Positions 19,003-28,678 of a stretch of DNA of 64,000 nt are shown here, piece after piece; position 1 is the stretch's first letter; each line of letters begins with the position of its first letter. The DNA lies in IMG/VR virus record IMGVR_UViG_3300047095_000752, positions 124,001 to 188,000 of that record; one strand, given 5' to 3'. Below the pieces are notes generated by a model. That model searched no databases. It saw only the letters and a list, made by a program, of their open reading frames with translations, and was not told the origin of the DNA. The position numbers were made by a program, and so were the translations under genes.

Positions 19003-19788
19003 TTATCCAGTAATCGAATCGATTGTTTGTCTTATCTTAGAAGTCTTATACTTAGCATATAATCTATTTTGACACTTTTTAATGTCTTCTGGTGAATTAT
19101 ATGATTGTTTACATGCCTTTACAGCATTTTGTAGTTTCTCATATGTGTATTCACTTTGTTTCGTCTTTAGTGCTTTGTTTGCGGTGATTGCCGTAGCTCC
19201 GGCACCGGTTGCTAATCCACCACTAACAACATTGTCAATCATATCAATTTTTCGTAATTTCTTTGCACGTTCGGCTGCGGTGCCACGTAAATTATTAAGC
19301 TTATCACCTACACCCTTTGTAGATGTATTAAAATTATTTACAATCGTATCCATACCTGCCTGACGGCGTTTTAATAGATCTTCTGCGTCTTTAGCCTTAC
19401 TTAATATGGCAGCTTCGGTCTCTTTCCACTTGGCTTTTTGCTGAGCGGATGCATTAGGCTTGCGAGCAGGGGACTTTGCCCATCTACGTTCAAGTTCGTC
19501 TTGTACGGCTTTAATATCCTGTTGTGGACCTACGCTGCGCTTCTGAATAGCGTCGAGTGCGCTTTCAACCTTAGCTTTTTTAGCAACTTGAGTTTTACGA
19601 ATACCAATAGAGGGCTTGAGTAAATCACCATATCTATCTTTAAGTTTAGTAAAGTCGATGTGTCCCTTTTTCATAGATGCTAGTTTATTTGGTACGTATC
19701 TTATTACTTTACCTAAATTTTCTAATGTCTTAGATTTAGCACCCTCTTCGAGGATAGCTTCAATTAACGCTTTGTGTTGGTAATTCAT
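19003..19788 (-). CDS. Leader-bearing basic protein, class C
   Basis: MNYQHK...ILEE; GGLATGAGA; CKQSY...KKC. Confidence 0.7.
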   Translation of the reverse strand: MNYQHKALIEAILEEGAKSKTLENLGKVIRYVPNKLASMKKGHIDFTKLKDRYGDLLKPSIGIRKTQVAKKAKVESALDAIQKRSVGPQQDIKAVQDELERRWAKSPARKPNASAQQKAKWKETEAAILSKAKDAEDLLKRRQAGMDTIVNNFNTSTKGVGDKLNNLRGTAAERAKKLRKIDMIDNVVSGGLATGAGATAITANKALKTKQSEYTYEKLQNAVKACKQSYNSPEDIKKCQNRLYAKYKTSKIRQTIDSITG

Positions 19789-19791
19789 ATC

Positions 19792-21276
19792 TTAAGACCT
19801 CGTTAATAAATCGTTAACTTTATGATATACGGATGCATAATTACTAGATTCGACAACCGCAGATCTGATATTTGACTGCTTAGCGGCAGTTTCTTTAGAC
19901 CACGCACTTGCACGTGAGGCTTCACTGTAATCCAGTACGTCTTTAAGATTTAATACCTTCTTAAGATAATCAAATGGAATTTCTTGACAGTGATTTAAAC
20001 GAGGAGTACAAAAATAAGCAGACTCTTTAGTTTCATTTGTAATAACTAAATCACCAAAAACATATTTTGTAAGCTTACGATAGTTATTGACGATATCCAT
20101 TAAAGCTTCGTTACGATCTAAGTCATAAGAAGATAAAATAATCATTGTGCTCCAAGAGCTTGAATCTTTACTTGTGAACTTCTTGGCGAGAGTTGTGGTA
20201 TTTGTAAGTTCGTCTCTGGTTGGTGAAAACATGATTGCTTCAGAGGCTTCATTTGGATCGATGTAATCACCTTTATTAATAGCTCTGCGCTTAGTAAACC
20301 AAATTTTAGTATTAACTTTACGGAAAGCATTTTTAAATTGACGTTCAAACCAATTCATATTTTTGGCTTCATTTAGAAGTTTAATAATAGAAGTAACATC
20401 ATCAATAATATAAGGTACGCACTTGACCCCTACTCTTATCATCTTTTGTTCGGAGTTTTCAATACCACTATAAAGAGGAATTTCAAGGATCGTAGGTTCT
20501 AATGAAATTTGATTGAAGAATTGAATACCAGTAGGTTGTTCAACTGAATCTAAACTTCCAAATGAACTTGGCCTGTGTGTATCTAACTCAGCGGAGTGGG
20601 CGCGACGACCCTTTTTAATAGCAGTTTTACGATCTTTGAGTTCAGCAGATATCTTCTTGGTAGTAACATCGCTCTGTCGAGCAGCGCCGAAGTTCTTTGC
20701 TATATTTGATTTATCTAGTCTACTCAGAGCTTCCGTGGCATCTTTATTAGCTTTACTACCGGCGGGTGCATTGATTCCCGCTATTATTTGTGCGGGGGTT
20801 ATACCAAGCGTATGTAGTTGGGGTGCGATGCCAGATACGATTTTAGCAGACTGTGCCTGTGTTCTTGGGTCTAAATTTGGGTGTGACATTTTTGGGTTAT
20901 TTGGATCTTTACCCTGAGACACTGAAGAGTGATATCTGAATAAATTTTTCAAATCTTCCACATCTTCGGAACTGTTATTGGACCACATATCTTCTTTGTC
21001 AGCACCATTCGCTTCGCTTATAAATCTACCAATATTACACATTGAAGAAATTTGTTCGTTGATTACACTATCAGAAATAATAGTTACGGGAATATCAACG
21101 CCCTCTTTATTTACAGACCAAGAACCGATACGACTGTATTTCTTCATGGCTGCATTTTTGAACAAGGCGGCGTTGTTTAAAAGAATGTTTCTTTCAATAA
21201 GTTTTGAAAGTGCGGGAATTAGTTTCTCGTTCACTTGAGGTGAAACCATCGCAGGTACTATGAATAAAGCTTCCAT
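19792..21276 (-). CDS. Hypothetical protein, probably structural
   Basis: 494-aa ORF in the virion operon; internal INE/ISE motifs. Confidence 0.6.
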   Translation of the reverse strand: MEALFIVPAMVSPQVNEKLIPALSKLIERNILLNNAALFKNAAMKKYSRIGSWSVNKEGVDIPVTIISDSVINEQISSMCNIGRFISEANGADKEDMWSNNSSEDVEDLKNLFRYHSSVSQGKDPNNPKMSHPNLDPRTQAQSAKIVSGIAPQLHTLGITPAQIIAGINAPAGSKANKDATEALSRLDKSNIAKNFGAARQSDVTTKKISAELKDRKTAIKKGRRAHSAELDTHRPSSFGSLDSVEQPTGIQFFNQISLEPTILEIPLYSGIENSEQKMIRVGVKCVPYIIDDVTSIIKLLNEAKNMNWFERQFKNAFRKVNTKIWFTKRRAINKGDYIDPNEASEAIMFSPTRDELTNTTTLAKKFTSKDSSSWSTMIILSSYDLDRNEALMDIVNNYRKLTKYVFGDLVITNETKESAYFCTPRLNHCQEIPFDYLKKVLNLKDVLDYSEASRASAWSKETAAKQSNIRSAVVESSNYASVYHKVNDLLTRS

Positions 21277-21295
21277 TGTAGATTAATACTCCTAT

Positions 21296-21529
21296 CTAAA
21301 TTATCCAAGGTATATCATCACCCGCATATTTAAATACGAAATCCTTTTCAGTTCTGAATCTGCTAGGTTTCATTTCAGGTTTTGGGGTTAGATCTTCAGT
21401 TATTGTTATTTTATCTTGTTTTGGTGTTGTATTTACAATATTTATGGTTTCTTTTTTTGTTGGAGTTTTTTCACCGTTTAAGTTTATAACATCACCAACA
21501 TCAAAGAATTTTGGGGCTTGTCTAAACAT
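21296..21529 (-). CDS. Hypothetical protein
   Basis: Translationally coupled ORF. Confidence 0.5.
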   Translation of the reverse strand: MFRQAPKFFDVGDVINLNGEKTPTKKETINIVNTTPKQDKITITEDLTPKPEMKPSRFRTEKDFVFKYAGDDIPWII

Positions 21530-22065
21530 TACCCTAAAGCTAGAGTGATTAAATCATTTCTAAATGAACGGTGAGCATTTAGAAGAATTTCGCCATGTTG
21601 ACTTTTAAACAGCTTTTGATCTGCGTTTGAAAGTGCGGTTTCTAACATGAGCATGTCAAGAGCGGTCTCTAAAAAGGTCTTAATTACAACCTTCTTGGCG
21701 ACTTCACGACGGTCCATCTTAGTATTTTCAGATAAGATAGAATCCACTTCGTAGTTGATTTCAGTCAGAACTTCAGCATTCTTGAGTACGTTCTGGGTCT
21801 CAACAAACACATCAAGTCCAAGTTGGTAAGAGTGCTTATTGATCTCAGGTACTCCACCTTTGTATGTATTTTCGGATATATGCTCTGCCATTTTATATAC
21901 TTCATAAAGATTTAATAGCATAGCATTTTTGATCTTTTTATATTGGTTTAGGTTGGTTTCAGACAGGCACGTAGAGGGTCTTGAACCGGGAAATAAAATT
22001 ACATCTATAGCAACAATATTCTCTAACATAGCGATTTTACGCTGCTTGCAAATGGGACAACTCAT
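21529..22065 (-). CDS. Hypothetical protein, probably structural
   Basis: Strong AAGGAG RBS; GGACAAAT motif upstream (22106-22113). Confidence 0.65.
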   Translation of the reverse strand: MSCPICKQRKIAMLENIVAIDVILFPGSRPSTCLSETNLNQYKKIKNAMLLNLYEVYKMAEHISENTYKGGVPEINKHSYQLGLDVFVETQNVLKNAEVLTEINYEVDSILSENTKMDRREVAKKVVIKTFLETALDMLMLETALSNADQKLFKSQHGEILLNAHRSFRNDLITLALG

Positions 22066-22128
22066 TTCAAATCTCCTTTATTTTTTAGTAATTTGAATTA
22101 TAACAATTTGTCCCGATAAATATTATAC

Positions 22129-22160
22129 AAAAAAATAACCCCAGCAAATACCGGGGTTAT
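22129..22160 (-). terminator. Intrinsic terminator
   Basis: ATAACCCC/GGGGTTAT stem plus T-run. Confidence 0.65.
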
Positions 22161-22172
22161 AAATATACGTAT

Positions 22173-23316
22173 TCAGAATATTTTATAAAATGTTCGGGAT
22201 GAATAACAGGGTCGTGTACCAATCCAGCCGGGACCTGCTTGCCCTTTATATAAATACCAAAATTTATTATCGAAAAACCTACATAAAATTTCAAGTCGAT
22301 CTGTAAACATTTTTGGGCTTATTCTTGGTGGTTGTTCATCTGTAACCCCAGTGTCAAATGCTATCACCGATGTGTCATGTATTATCATCGGAGTGCTCAT
22401 CTGTATACCTCCCCAATCCACAAATGGTATCATGATTGGTATGTCTATAATTATAGTAGGTTTATTAAATTTATTTTTTAATTTTTTAAACAATCTGAAT
22501 ATATCAAATATTATATCTATAAATCTACACGTCATCCTCAACGTTACACGTATATAATCTATTAATCCGGAATAGCTAGAAGTCATATATACTCGTAAAC
22601 ATTGGTATCGTGATCTATTGTAATACGATCAATGGATGTTATTTTTTTGTAGATTTTTATTAATTTATTTGTAAATCGACTTGTATTATAAAAGTTTTGT
22701 TCTCGGTGGGTATCGTACGTCTTAATGATACCGCCGTCCCTATATGTCTGCCTTGGATCTATGGTTATTTTAGACAGATTGAATGTATTGATGGTATACC
22801 CCCAACCGCTAGTTTCGAAATTTATAAAAATTCGAAATGTTGATAAATATTTGTATTGTTTTATAAAGCCCTCGGCGTAGTCTTCTGGTAAAAACAATAG
22901 ATTTAATCGGGTGATTAATTTAGTGATAATAGTTAAAGAATTTACTGCTTGACGACCTGCATCGTTTAGATTGAGTATAGAATTCATACTACAGTTAGAC
23001 CTTTTATATAACACGTTGAATCCTTATTTACTTCTTGAAGGAATCCTGTGTACTTATATAAAAATACCCGGATAAGCCCGCTACCATACGCCCATATAAG
23101 TGGTATAAATATAATGGCGACCGTATGACACCTCCGTGGGACTGGTCTATATTCTGGTAATTCATAAACAATCTTAAAATCAGATCTAGATCGTCGTTCT
23201 AGTTCGTTATATGCTTTATAGAATATACAATTAAAAAAGTGTAAAATTGTATCTTTAAGTTTAACTAAAAGCTCATATGTACCCCTCGAACTCCACTTCC
23301 CAATTTCGAATTTCAT
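22173..23316 (-). CDS. Three small overlapping hypothetical ORFs (22173-22586, 22583-23014, 22984-23316)
   Basis: Coupled ORFs with no recognisable motif. Confidence 0.45.
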
Positions 23317-24167
23317 ATTTTATATTTTTCAAGTACTTTATCTATTTCATTTATGATCTGGTTTGACAGTTTTGATTTCTTCATAGTACCATAATGCTCC
23401 TCTAAACAATTTTTCAATAGTTTTCGTATAGCTTTATGTTTCACATCTGAATTGATTTTAATATCACTTGGGCACATCGTTTCAACTCGTTGCTTCAATG
23501 TTTCGAAGTGAGATTGTAGTTCGGCGAAGTTGATTTCACCTTTGATTATATCCATATGCAACTCGTTGTCCGACAATAAATCGATGGAATGATATGTACA
23601 CCATTCTACAGCTTGATTCATAAGCCGAACACTATTTACCGCTAATTCAGGATCGAAGTTATGATTTTGAAGTTTTATTGTTTTCTTATTTCTTTTTCGA
23701 GTAGGCATAGTCACATTGTATGAATTGGAGGGTTCACGAAATGTTAATAACTTGTTGAATAGTTTTATCGAATGTTCATAGTACGCATGGTAAATAGTTG
23801 GTCCTACAAACAAATCCCGGTTTTCTATAATTAAATCAAATATTTTAGATCTGTTTTCAATTAATGAATCTTCGGTATACAACGAATCTATAGCATTTGT
23901 ATTTCTGTTTTTACACATAACCATAAAATTAATAAAATTGTGTAGGATTGTAGTGCTCGTGTCGTCCGTCTCGGTTATACAATCCGTTGTCCTCGGACTT
24001 GGGTCGTAACCGTGGATGTAAGCTAAGTTGTTGGTTAAATATATGTCTTCATACTGAGGCATATAAAATCCGAATTTTTGTATTTTTATAGCTTTATGTG
24101 TAATTCCGTATGCGATTGGCCATAACTGTGTTTTAAATCCGACTTCCAATTCAATTTTCTTTTGCAT
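23313..24167 (-). CDS. Degenerate Pol-beta-superfamily nucleotidyltransferase (paralog of 63409..64000)
   Basis: NTNAIDSLY ~ NPNMIDSLF; FDPELAVNSVRL ~ FDTKFAYHIVRL; LLKNCLEEHYG ~ LLLNCLEAHYG; GS..DxD motif not seen. Confidence 0.65.
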   Translation of the reverse strand: MQKKIELEVGFKTQLWPIAYGITHKAIKIQKFGFYMPQYEDIYLTNNLAYIHGYDPSPRTTDCITETDDTSTTILHNFINFMVMCKNRNTNAIDSLYTEDSLIENRSKIFDLIIENRDLFVGPTIYHAYYEHSIKLFNKLLTFREPSNSYNVTMPTRKRNKKTIKLQNHNFDPELAVNSVRLMNQAVEWCTYHSIDLLSDNELHMDIIKGEINFAELQSHFETLKQRVETMCPSDIKINSDVKHKAIRKLLKNCLEEHYGTMKKSKLSNQIINEIDKVLEKYKI

Positions 24168-26208
24168 TAAAACCCTTTCTGAAGCTTACATGTGGCGCGA
24201 ATTTCATTCTATACTGGAATGTTATTATTCTTATATCTTTACATCCTTCGTAATACCCCAGTCCCATCATAGATGCGACTACATAGGGGACAGATTCAAG
24301 TTTACCATCTTCGAATATAATAATGTCTGCTCGCAATATTTTGTTAGATTTTGTATTCTGTTGTTTAACCATAGAACTTAATAGTTTTAGATATAACCTT
24401 CTCATACACGTTATAATATCAAGTGTCATTGATTCTAATTTGTATCTCATATTATATAACCATATGTCTTACATAAAGGCGAAACATTCCGATGTAGATT
24501 TAAAGCGTTGTCAATATAAGAAACCATATTATCAATCGTTATTAACTTTTTATCGTGTATATACAATAGTCTTGTTGGTGAGAATTCTCTGCGCGGATGA
24601 TGTTGTTTTAATATACGGTCATATAGTTTAGTTATAAGTCCTTTAATTTCTATGAAGTTATATATAAGTTTGCCTCTAAGATAATAAATCACGACCCATG
24701 TAGATATGTTGATACAATAGCGTCCAACATCTCAACTAATAGTTTTCCTTTCATTTCAATCGATTTAGCGGACTTAAAATTAGGATCGATATTTTCAATA
24801 TGGTTGCTATTCATGATGGAATTCAATACGTGTAATACTCTGGCTTGTTCTTTGATGTTGTGATGATTTCCAACAACTGGATTTGAGTATACATTATATT
24901 CGGTTACGGTGCGGGCGTCTATATCAACTACTTCATATACATAAAGTTTATTCATAACATTTTTATAAAATGTATTTTCTTTTTCGGAATATGCTCGCAG
25001 GAGTCGGATAGATTGCTCAATTAGCTTAACATTAGTTTTTACAATCTTATGGAATTTTTTGAATTCTTGCTTTTCATCATCGGTGAAATATTTAGACTTA
25101 TTGATTTTAGTACGATCTTTACTTGTACTGTAAAGGTAATGGGTGATGTACGACTTAATCTTGTTTTTACTTTCGGGGGTACCGGGCATGGCAGAAGGTT
25201 CCTTTAAAAAAGAAAGATGACGTAAAGTATAGAAATCAAGAGTGGGATTAGTATTATTAATTTTAACATTTCTACCTTAAATTTATATTTAGATGCATTA
25301 GACTCATTTACATTTCTTTCTATTCTTTCGTCTATCTTTTTGATTGCTTTATTTCGTATATCAATAGATATCCGGATATAGTAGTTGGACCCTTCGCTTA
25401 GATTTGAAGCTATGACTTTTATTTTATCGAGTGTTTCTGAGAATTCCTCATGTAGCATAGAGGGATCATCTAAAGAATCTAATAAATTATTACACACATT
25501 TAGTTGTATTCTTAAATCTAACTCCCGAATCTTGCTAAAATCATCTCCTATAATTTCCATATATAATTCTTATATTGTTTTATTTCTTCGACTAGAAGCG
25601 GTTCGTCCTTACAATGAAATGTTACATTTGTATGTTTATTGATTATATCTTTAAATGCTATACGTAAGAAAGAACTGTTATAACCAATTAAGCCGTCCAA
25701 ATCTATACAAACACAACGAGATGGATTATCAAGAAATATTATTTTTGTTAAAAAATAATTGAATGTTTTTGCGTCTTGATCGTTTAATATAACTGTTTCG
25801 ACATCATTGTATATATCTTCGAAGAATTCTTTAACACTTATGGTAATTTTATCTTGTGTCATGTAATCTATTTGTTTTAATACTCGATCTAAACTTCTAG
25901 AGGTGGATATATAACCCACCCCTAGAAGCAAGATCAAACCGGTGAATAAACACCCAATAATTAACATTATATGATTAGTCTTTCATGCGAGCCTCTTTAG
26001 CGATAGCTTCGGAGACCTCCACGCTTTTCTGGATTCCAATCTTGGTGGCGGAATCAATTGCGATGAACATGAATTCACGGGGATTGTAGTCAGGGTGTTC
26101 TGCGATGAGTTCGGAGAACATGGTGTCCAACTGGAGTGAGAGTTTAGCTCCGTCTTCGTTGTGAGCGGAGGTGGCGGGGTTGAACAGGGGCTTAAGCTTC
26201 GTAGCCAT
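24151..26208 (-). CDS. Run of small hypothetical ORFs (24151-24450, 24447-24692, 24689-25189, 25204-25560, 25548-25967, 25975-26208)
   Basis: Coupled ORFs. 25204 has a C-terminal TM; 25548 has an N-terminal TM plus a STAS-like IDLDGLIGYNSSFL..AF segment; 25975 is higher GC. Confidence 0.5.
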
Positions 26209-26223
26209 TCTTAGTTTCCTTTG

Positions 26224-26550
26224 TTAGATGGGGTTTATTTTAACGCCGTACTTTTTGGCAAGGTCTTGACACTTGGGGCAGGGGTCTATGGGTAATAGAC
26301 CGCCTTTCTTATTGACTCTTATAATATAAATCGCATATAGGGCAGGTCCCGCCTTCTTTATGACTTCTTCTTCCGCGTGTACACCACCTGATTTTCGTAC
26401 AAATCGGGGCTTATTGTGTGATATGTATATTACTTCCCCTTTTCGATTAATTCCTATTGCTGATATTTTAAATCTACATACCGACTTATTTGCTTTTTTT
26501 ATAGCTTTAAATAGCTGTTGATTTTTTTTAAATTTCATATGTTGGATCAT
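26224..26550 (-). CDS. Zinc-dependent cytidine/dCMP deaminase-fold protein
   Basis: HAEE ... PCPKC signature. Confidence 0.8.
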   Translation of the reverse strand: MIQHMKFKKNQQLFKAIKKANKSVCRFKISAIGINRKGEVIYISHNKPRFVRKSGGVHAEEEVIKKAGPALYAIYIIRVNKKGGLLPIDPCPKCQDLAKKYGVKINPI

Positions 26551-27199
26551 TTATATTAGTAATTCGGTTCTTAGCTAATTCTATAATGTAATCCATTGGA
26601 TCGAAGTCTATTCGGTTTGTCGCGTTGTGGTACGTGTACGTCGGATCTATCTTGTACAATGGAGTGCCGCGCAGTAGACAATATAAAATATGATGTTGTC
26701 TGTACATTAACTTATATTCGTATATATGATCATAACATGATAACAAAGATCTATTGTATTTTGATATATAGTCGTCCGGTTTATTGTACCACAACGATTG
26801 ATATTCAGATGCGTTGTAATCGTTTGAGTTTGTATTATGAGTTTTACTGAAATTAGTTTTAAATGTTATCGCCGGTTTAAACACTCTATTCTCATATAAA
26901 TCCGCTGTGTAAGAATTATATAAAGAATAGTGCACGTTGGTTTCGTCAAAGTAATTGTCTCTAACGGTTGTCTTTATTTTATTATATTTTTTCCTGAATA
27001 TACGAATTATATATAGATCATATTTTAATACCCTATAAAGATTATCTACCAAAACCGCTTGGAAAGGATCTGTCATGAAATCCCTCCGTAAAACCCCCGG
27101 CTCACCCGGTTTAAGATTATAGTGGTATTTTATATAGTCTAATATCTGATTGTCATCTAAATTGAATTCAACTTCTTTATCTACATTTACAACTTCCAC
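26528..27199 (-). CDS. Hypothetical protein
   Basis: ORF with RQHHILYCLLRG.P...I motif typical of phage proteins. Confidence 0.55.
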   Translation of the reverse strand: MEVVNVDKEVEFNLDDNQILDYIKYHYNLKPGEPGVLRRDFMTDPFQAVLVDNLYRVLKYDLYIIRIFRKKYNKIKTTVRDNYFDETNVHYSLYNSYTADLYENRVFKPAITFKTNFSKTHNTNSNDYNASEYQSLWYNKPDDYISKYNRSLLSCYDHIYEYKLMYRQHHILYCLLRGTPLYKIDPTYTYHNATNRIDFDPMDYIIELAKNRITNINDPTYEI

Positions 27200-27259
27200 T
27201 AGCGATTCCTTTGGTCTATGATCTTAAATAATTCCATGATAGGAATATAAGTAATTATG

Positions 27260-27706
27260 TTATTTAACTTCAATTTTTATAGTATTGTCTTTGATTTCTT
27301 TTTGGCTGAATCCTAAGTATAGAATACCGTTATCCAGACTGTTTAACGACGGCTTATCAGCAACGTAGTTCGAGTTAATTTTAACTGTATAGTAATACTC
27401 TTTTGGTTTTGTCGATTCTTTAGAGTTGTAGTGTGGATTCGATACTATACCACGTACACTCAATTGATGATTCGATTTATTATATTGTACCGAGATGTCT
27501 TCTTTACGCACACCGGGTAACTCAAATGCGTACATGAGTTGTTTAGTGCCTTCACAAAAAGCCGTGGTGACGCCGTCTGGGTTGTAAACGTCTCCGTTTA
27601 ACACCGACTCTGGATTTGTGAACCACGCATCGAAACGGTCTAATTGGTTGAACATATCCTTTACTGGATTTAAATTTTTATGACGATTGTAAATATCTAC
27701 CCACAT
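27260..27706 (-). CDS. Small heat-shock protein (Hsp20 / alpha-crystallin)
   Basis: ELPGVRKEDISV...LSVRG...LDNGILYL. Confidence 0.88.
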   Translation of the reverse strand: MWVDIYNRHKNLNPVKDMFNQLDRFDAWFTNPESVLNGDVYNPDGVTTAFCEGTKQLMYAFELPGVRKEDISVQYNKSNHQLSVRGIVSNPHYNSKESTKPKEYYYTVKINSNYVADKPSLNSLDNGILYLGFSQKEIKDNTIKIEVK

Positions 27707-27785
27707 GATTATATCTCCTTTTTGGTTGGGTTTTAAAGTTAAACTAAAATTACAGCTTCCAGATGTTGGAAGCTGTATACATTAT

Positions 27786-27905
27786 AGCATTTGCCGTGCC
27801 AAAATGCAAATTTAGTTGTAACATGTTGATATAATTAGACTTATGATTTTTCTATATATTTGTGGATATAATATTCGCTCTATATTGAAACGGCAACTGT
27901 TTCAA
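27786..27905 (-). promoter_or_regulatory. Sigma54 promoter with IHF site and palindromic UAS upstream of hsp20
   Basis: TGGCACGGCAAATGCT (GG-N10-GC) at 27786-27801; TATCAAcatgTTA (WATCAANNNNTTR) at 27819-27831; TTGAAAC-N7-GTTTCAA at 27885-27905. Confidence 0.7.
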
Positions 27906-27915
27906 GGTGAAACGG

Positions 27916-28224
27916 TTAGTTTTTAAATTCTTTTACAATCTTATTGAATTTTCGGTTTATGGATCTTTGGTTTTCAGATTTAAATAATACTATCTCTTTT
28001 ATCTTTTTTACTACGGTTTTATCTACATGCTTTTGTTTTTTGTTTTTTACTTTTATATTAAAATTCCCAATAAAAGAATTTATTTTAGACTGTTTGTTGA
28101 GGGTGCAGACTGATATTGATACTGAGTACTTAAACTCTGAATCCGCCACACATTCGGGTAATTCCGTTATACTTAATATCTCATACTCTACATTAATTTG
28201 CTCTCTCATAGTACAAATCCTCAT
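27916..28224 (-). CDS. Hypothetical protein
   Basis: ORF preceded by both recurrent motifs. Confidence 0.5.
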   Translation of the reverse strand: MRICTMREQINVEYEILSITELPECVADSEFKYSVSISVCTLNKQSKINSFIGNFNIKVKNKKQKHVDKTVVKKIKEIVLFKSENQRSINRKFNKIVKEFKN

Positions 28225-28291
28225 ATTAAAAAAATAAATATATTTCTATACTCAATATTTAATATATATAATGTCTTTATATAAATTTGTC

Positions 28292-28678
28292 CTACGATTT
28301 GGCTTTGTAGTACTTTATACCAAGTTTGTCTAGCTCCGATTTTAACAATTGAATTCGCTCTTCGGAACTACTACAACAATCATTCTTTGTAATTGTATTT
28401 GAAACTCGGGTTGAATTCCAACCATATACTTTTCGCATTATACTAAGTGTGGTCATCTTTTGCTTTGAATTTTTATTTTCACACAGATTATATGTTATAC
28501 CATCGTCACCCTTTGGTTCCGAGTTTCTCAATATTGACTTTGATATTCCAGCTTTATTTATTAAAAACCCAACTAGACATTGACAGTCATCTTTATCGCA
28601 GAAGCTGCCTTTTATAAGCTTATCAGGTAACTGAACACGGGACGGCTTCTTGAGTGTGGGGGCTTTGACTGTTTTCAT
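28292..28678 (-). CDS. Hypothetical protein
   Basis: AAGGA RBS; CQCLVG motif. Confidence 0.55.
   Translation of the reverse strand: MKTVKAPTLKKPSRVQLPDKLIKGSFCDKDDCQCLVGFLINKAGISKSILRNSEPKGDDGITYNLCENKNSKQKMTTLSIMRKVYGWNSTRVSNTITKNDCCSSSEERIQLLKSELDKLGIKYYKAKS

Noticed and set aside
7588-19788. Bacteriocin/RiPP cluster with double-glycine leaders
   Set aside because: LTxxEFxxLxExG resembles LSxxELxxIxGG, but the Gly is one residue off, conservation continues to a Glu, and no C39 transporter or modifying enzyme is in the window; a Glu-cleaved virion propeptide fits better
22173-24692. Diversity-generating retroelement targets among the variable small ORFs
   Set aside because: No reverse transcriptase and no template/variable repeat pair differing only at adenines found in the window
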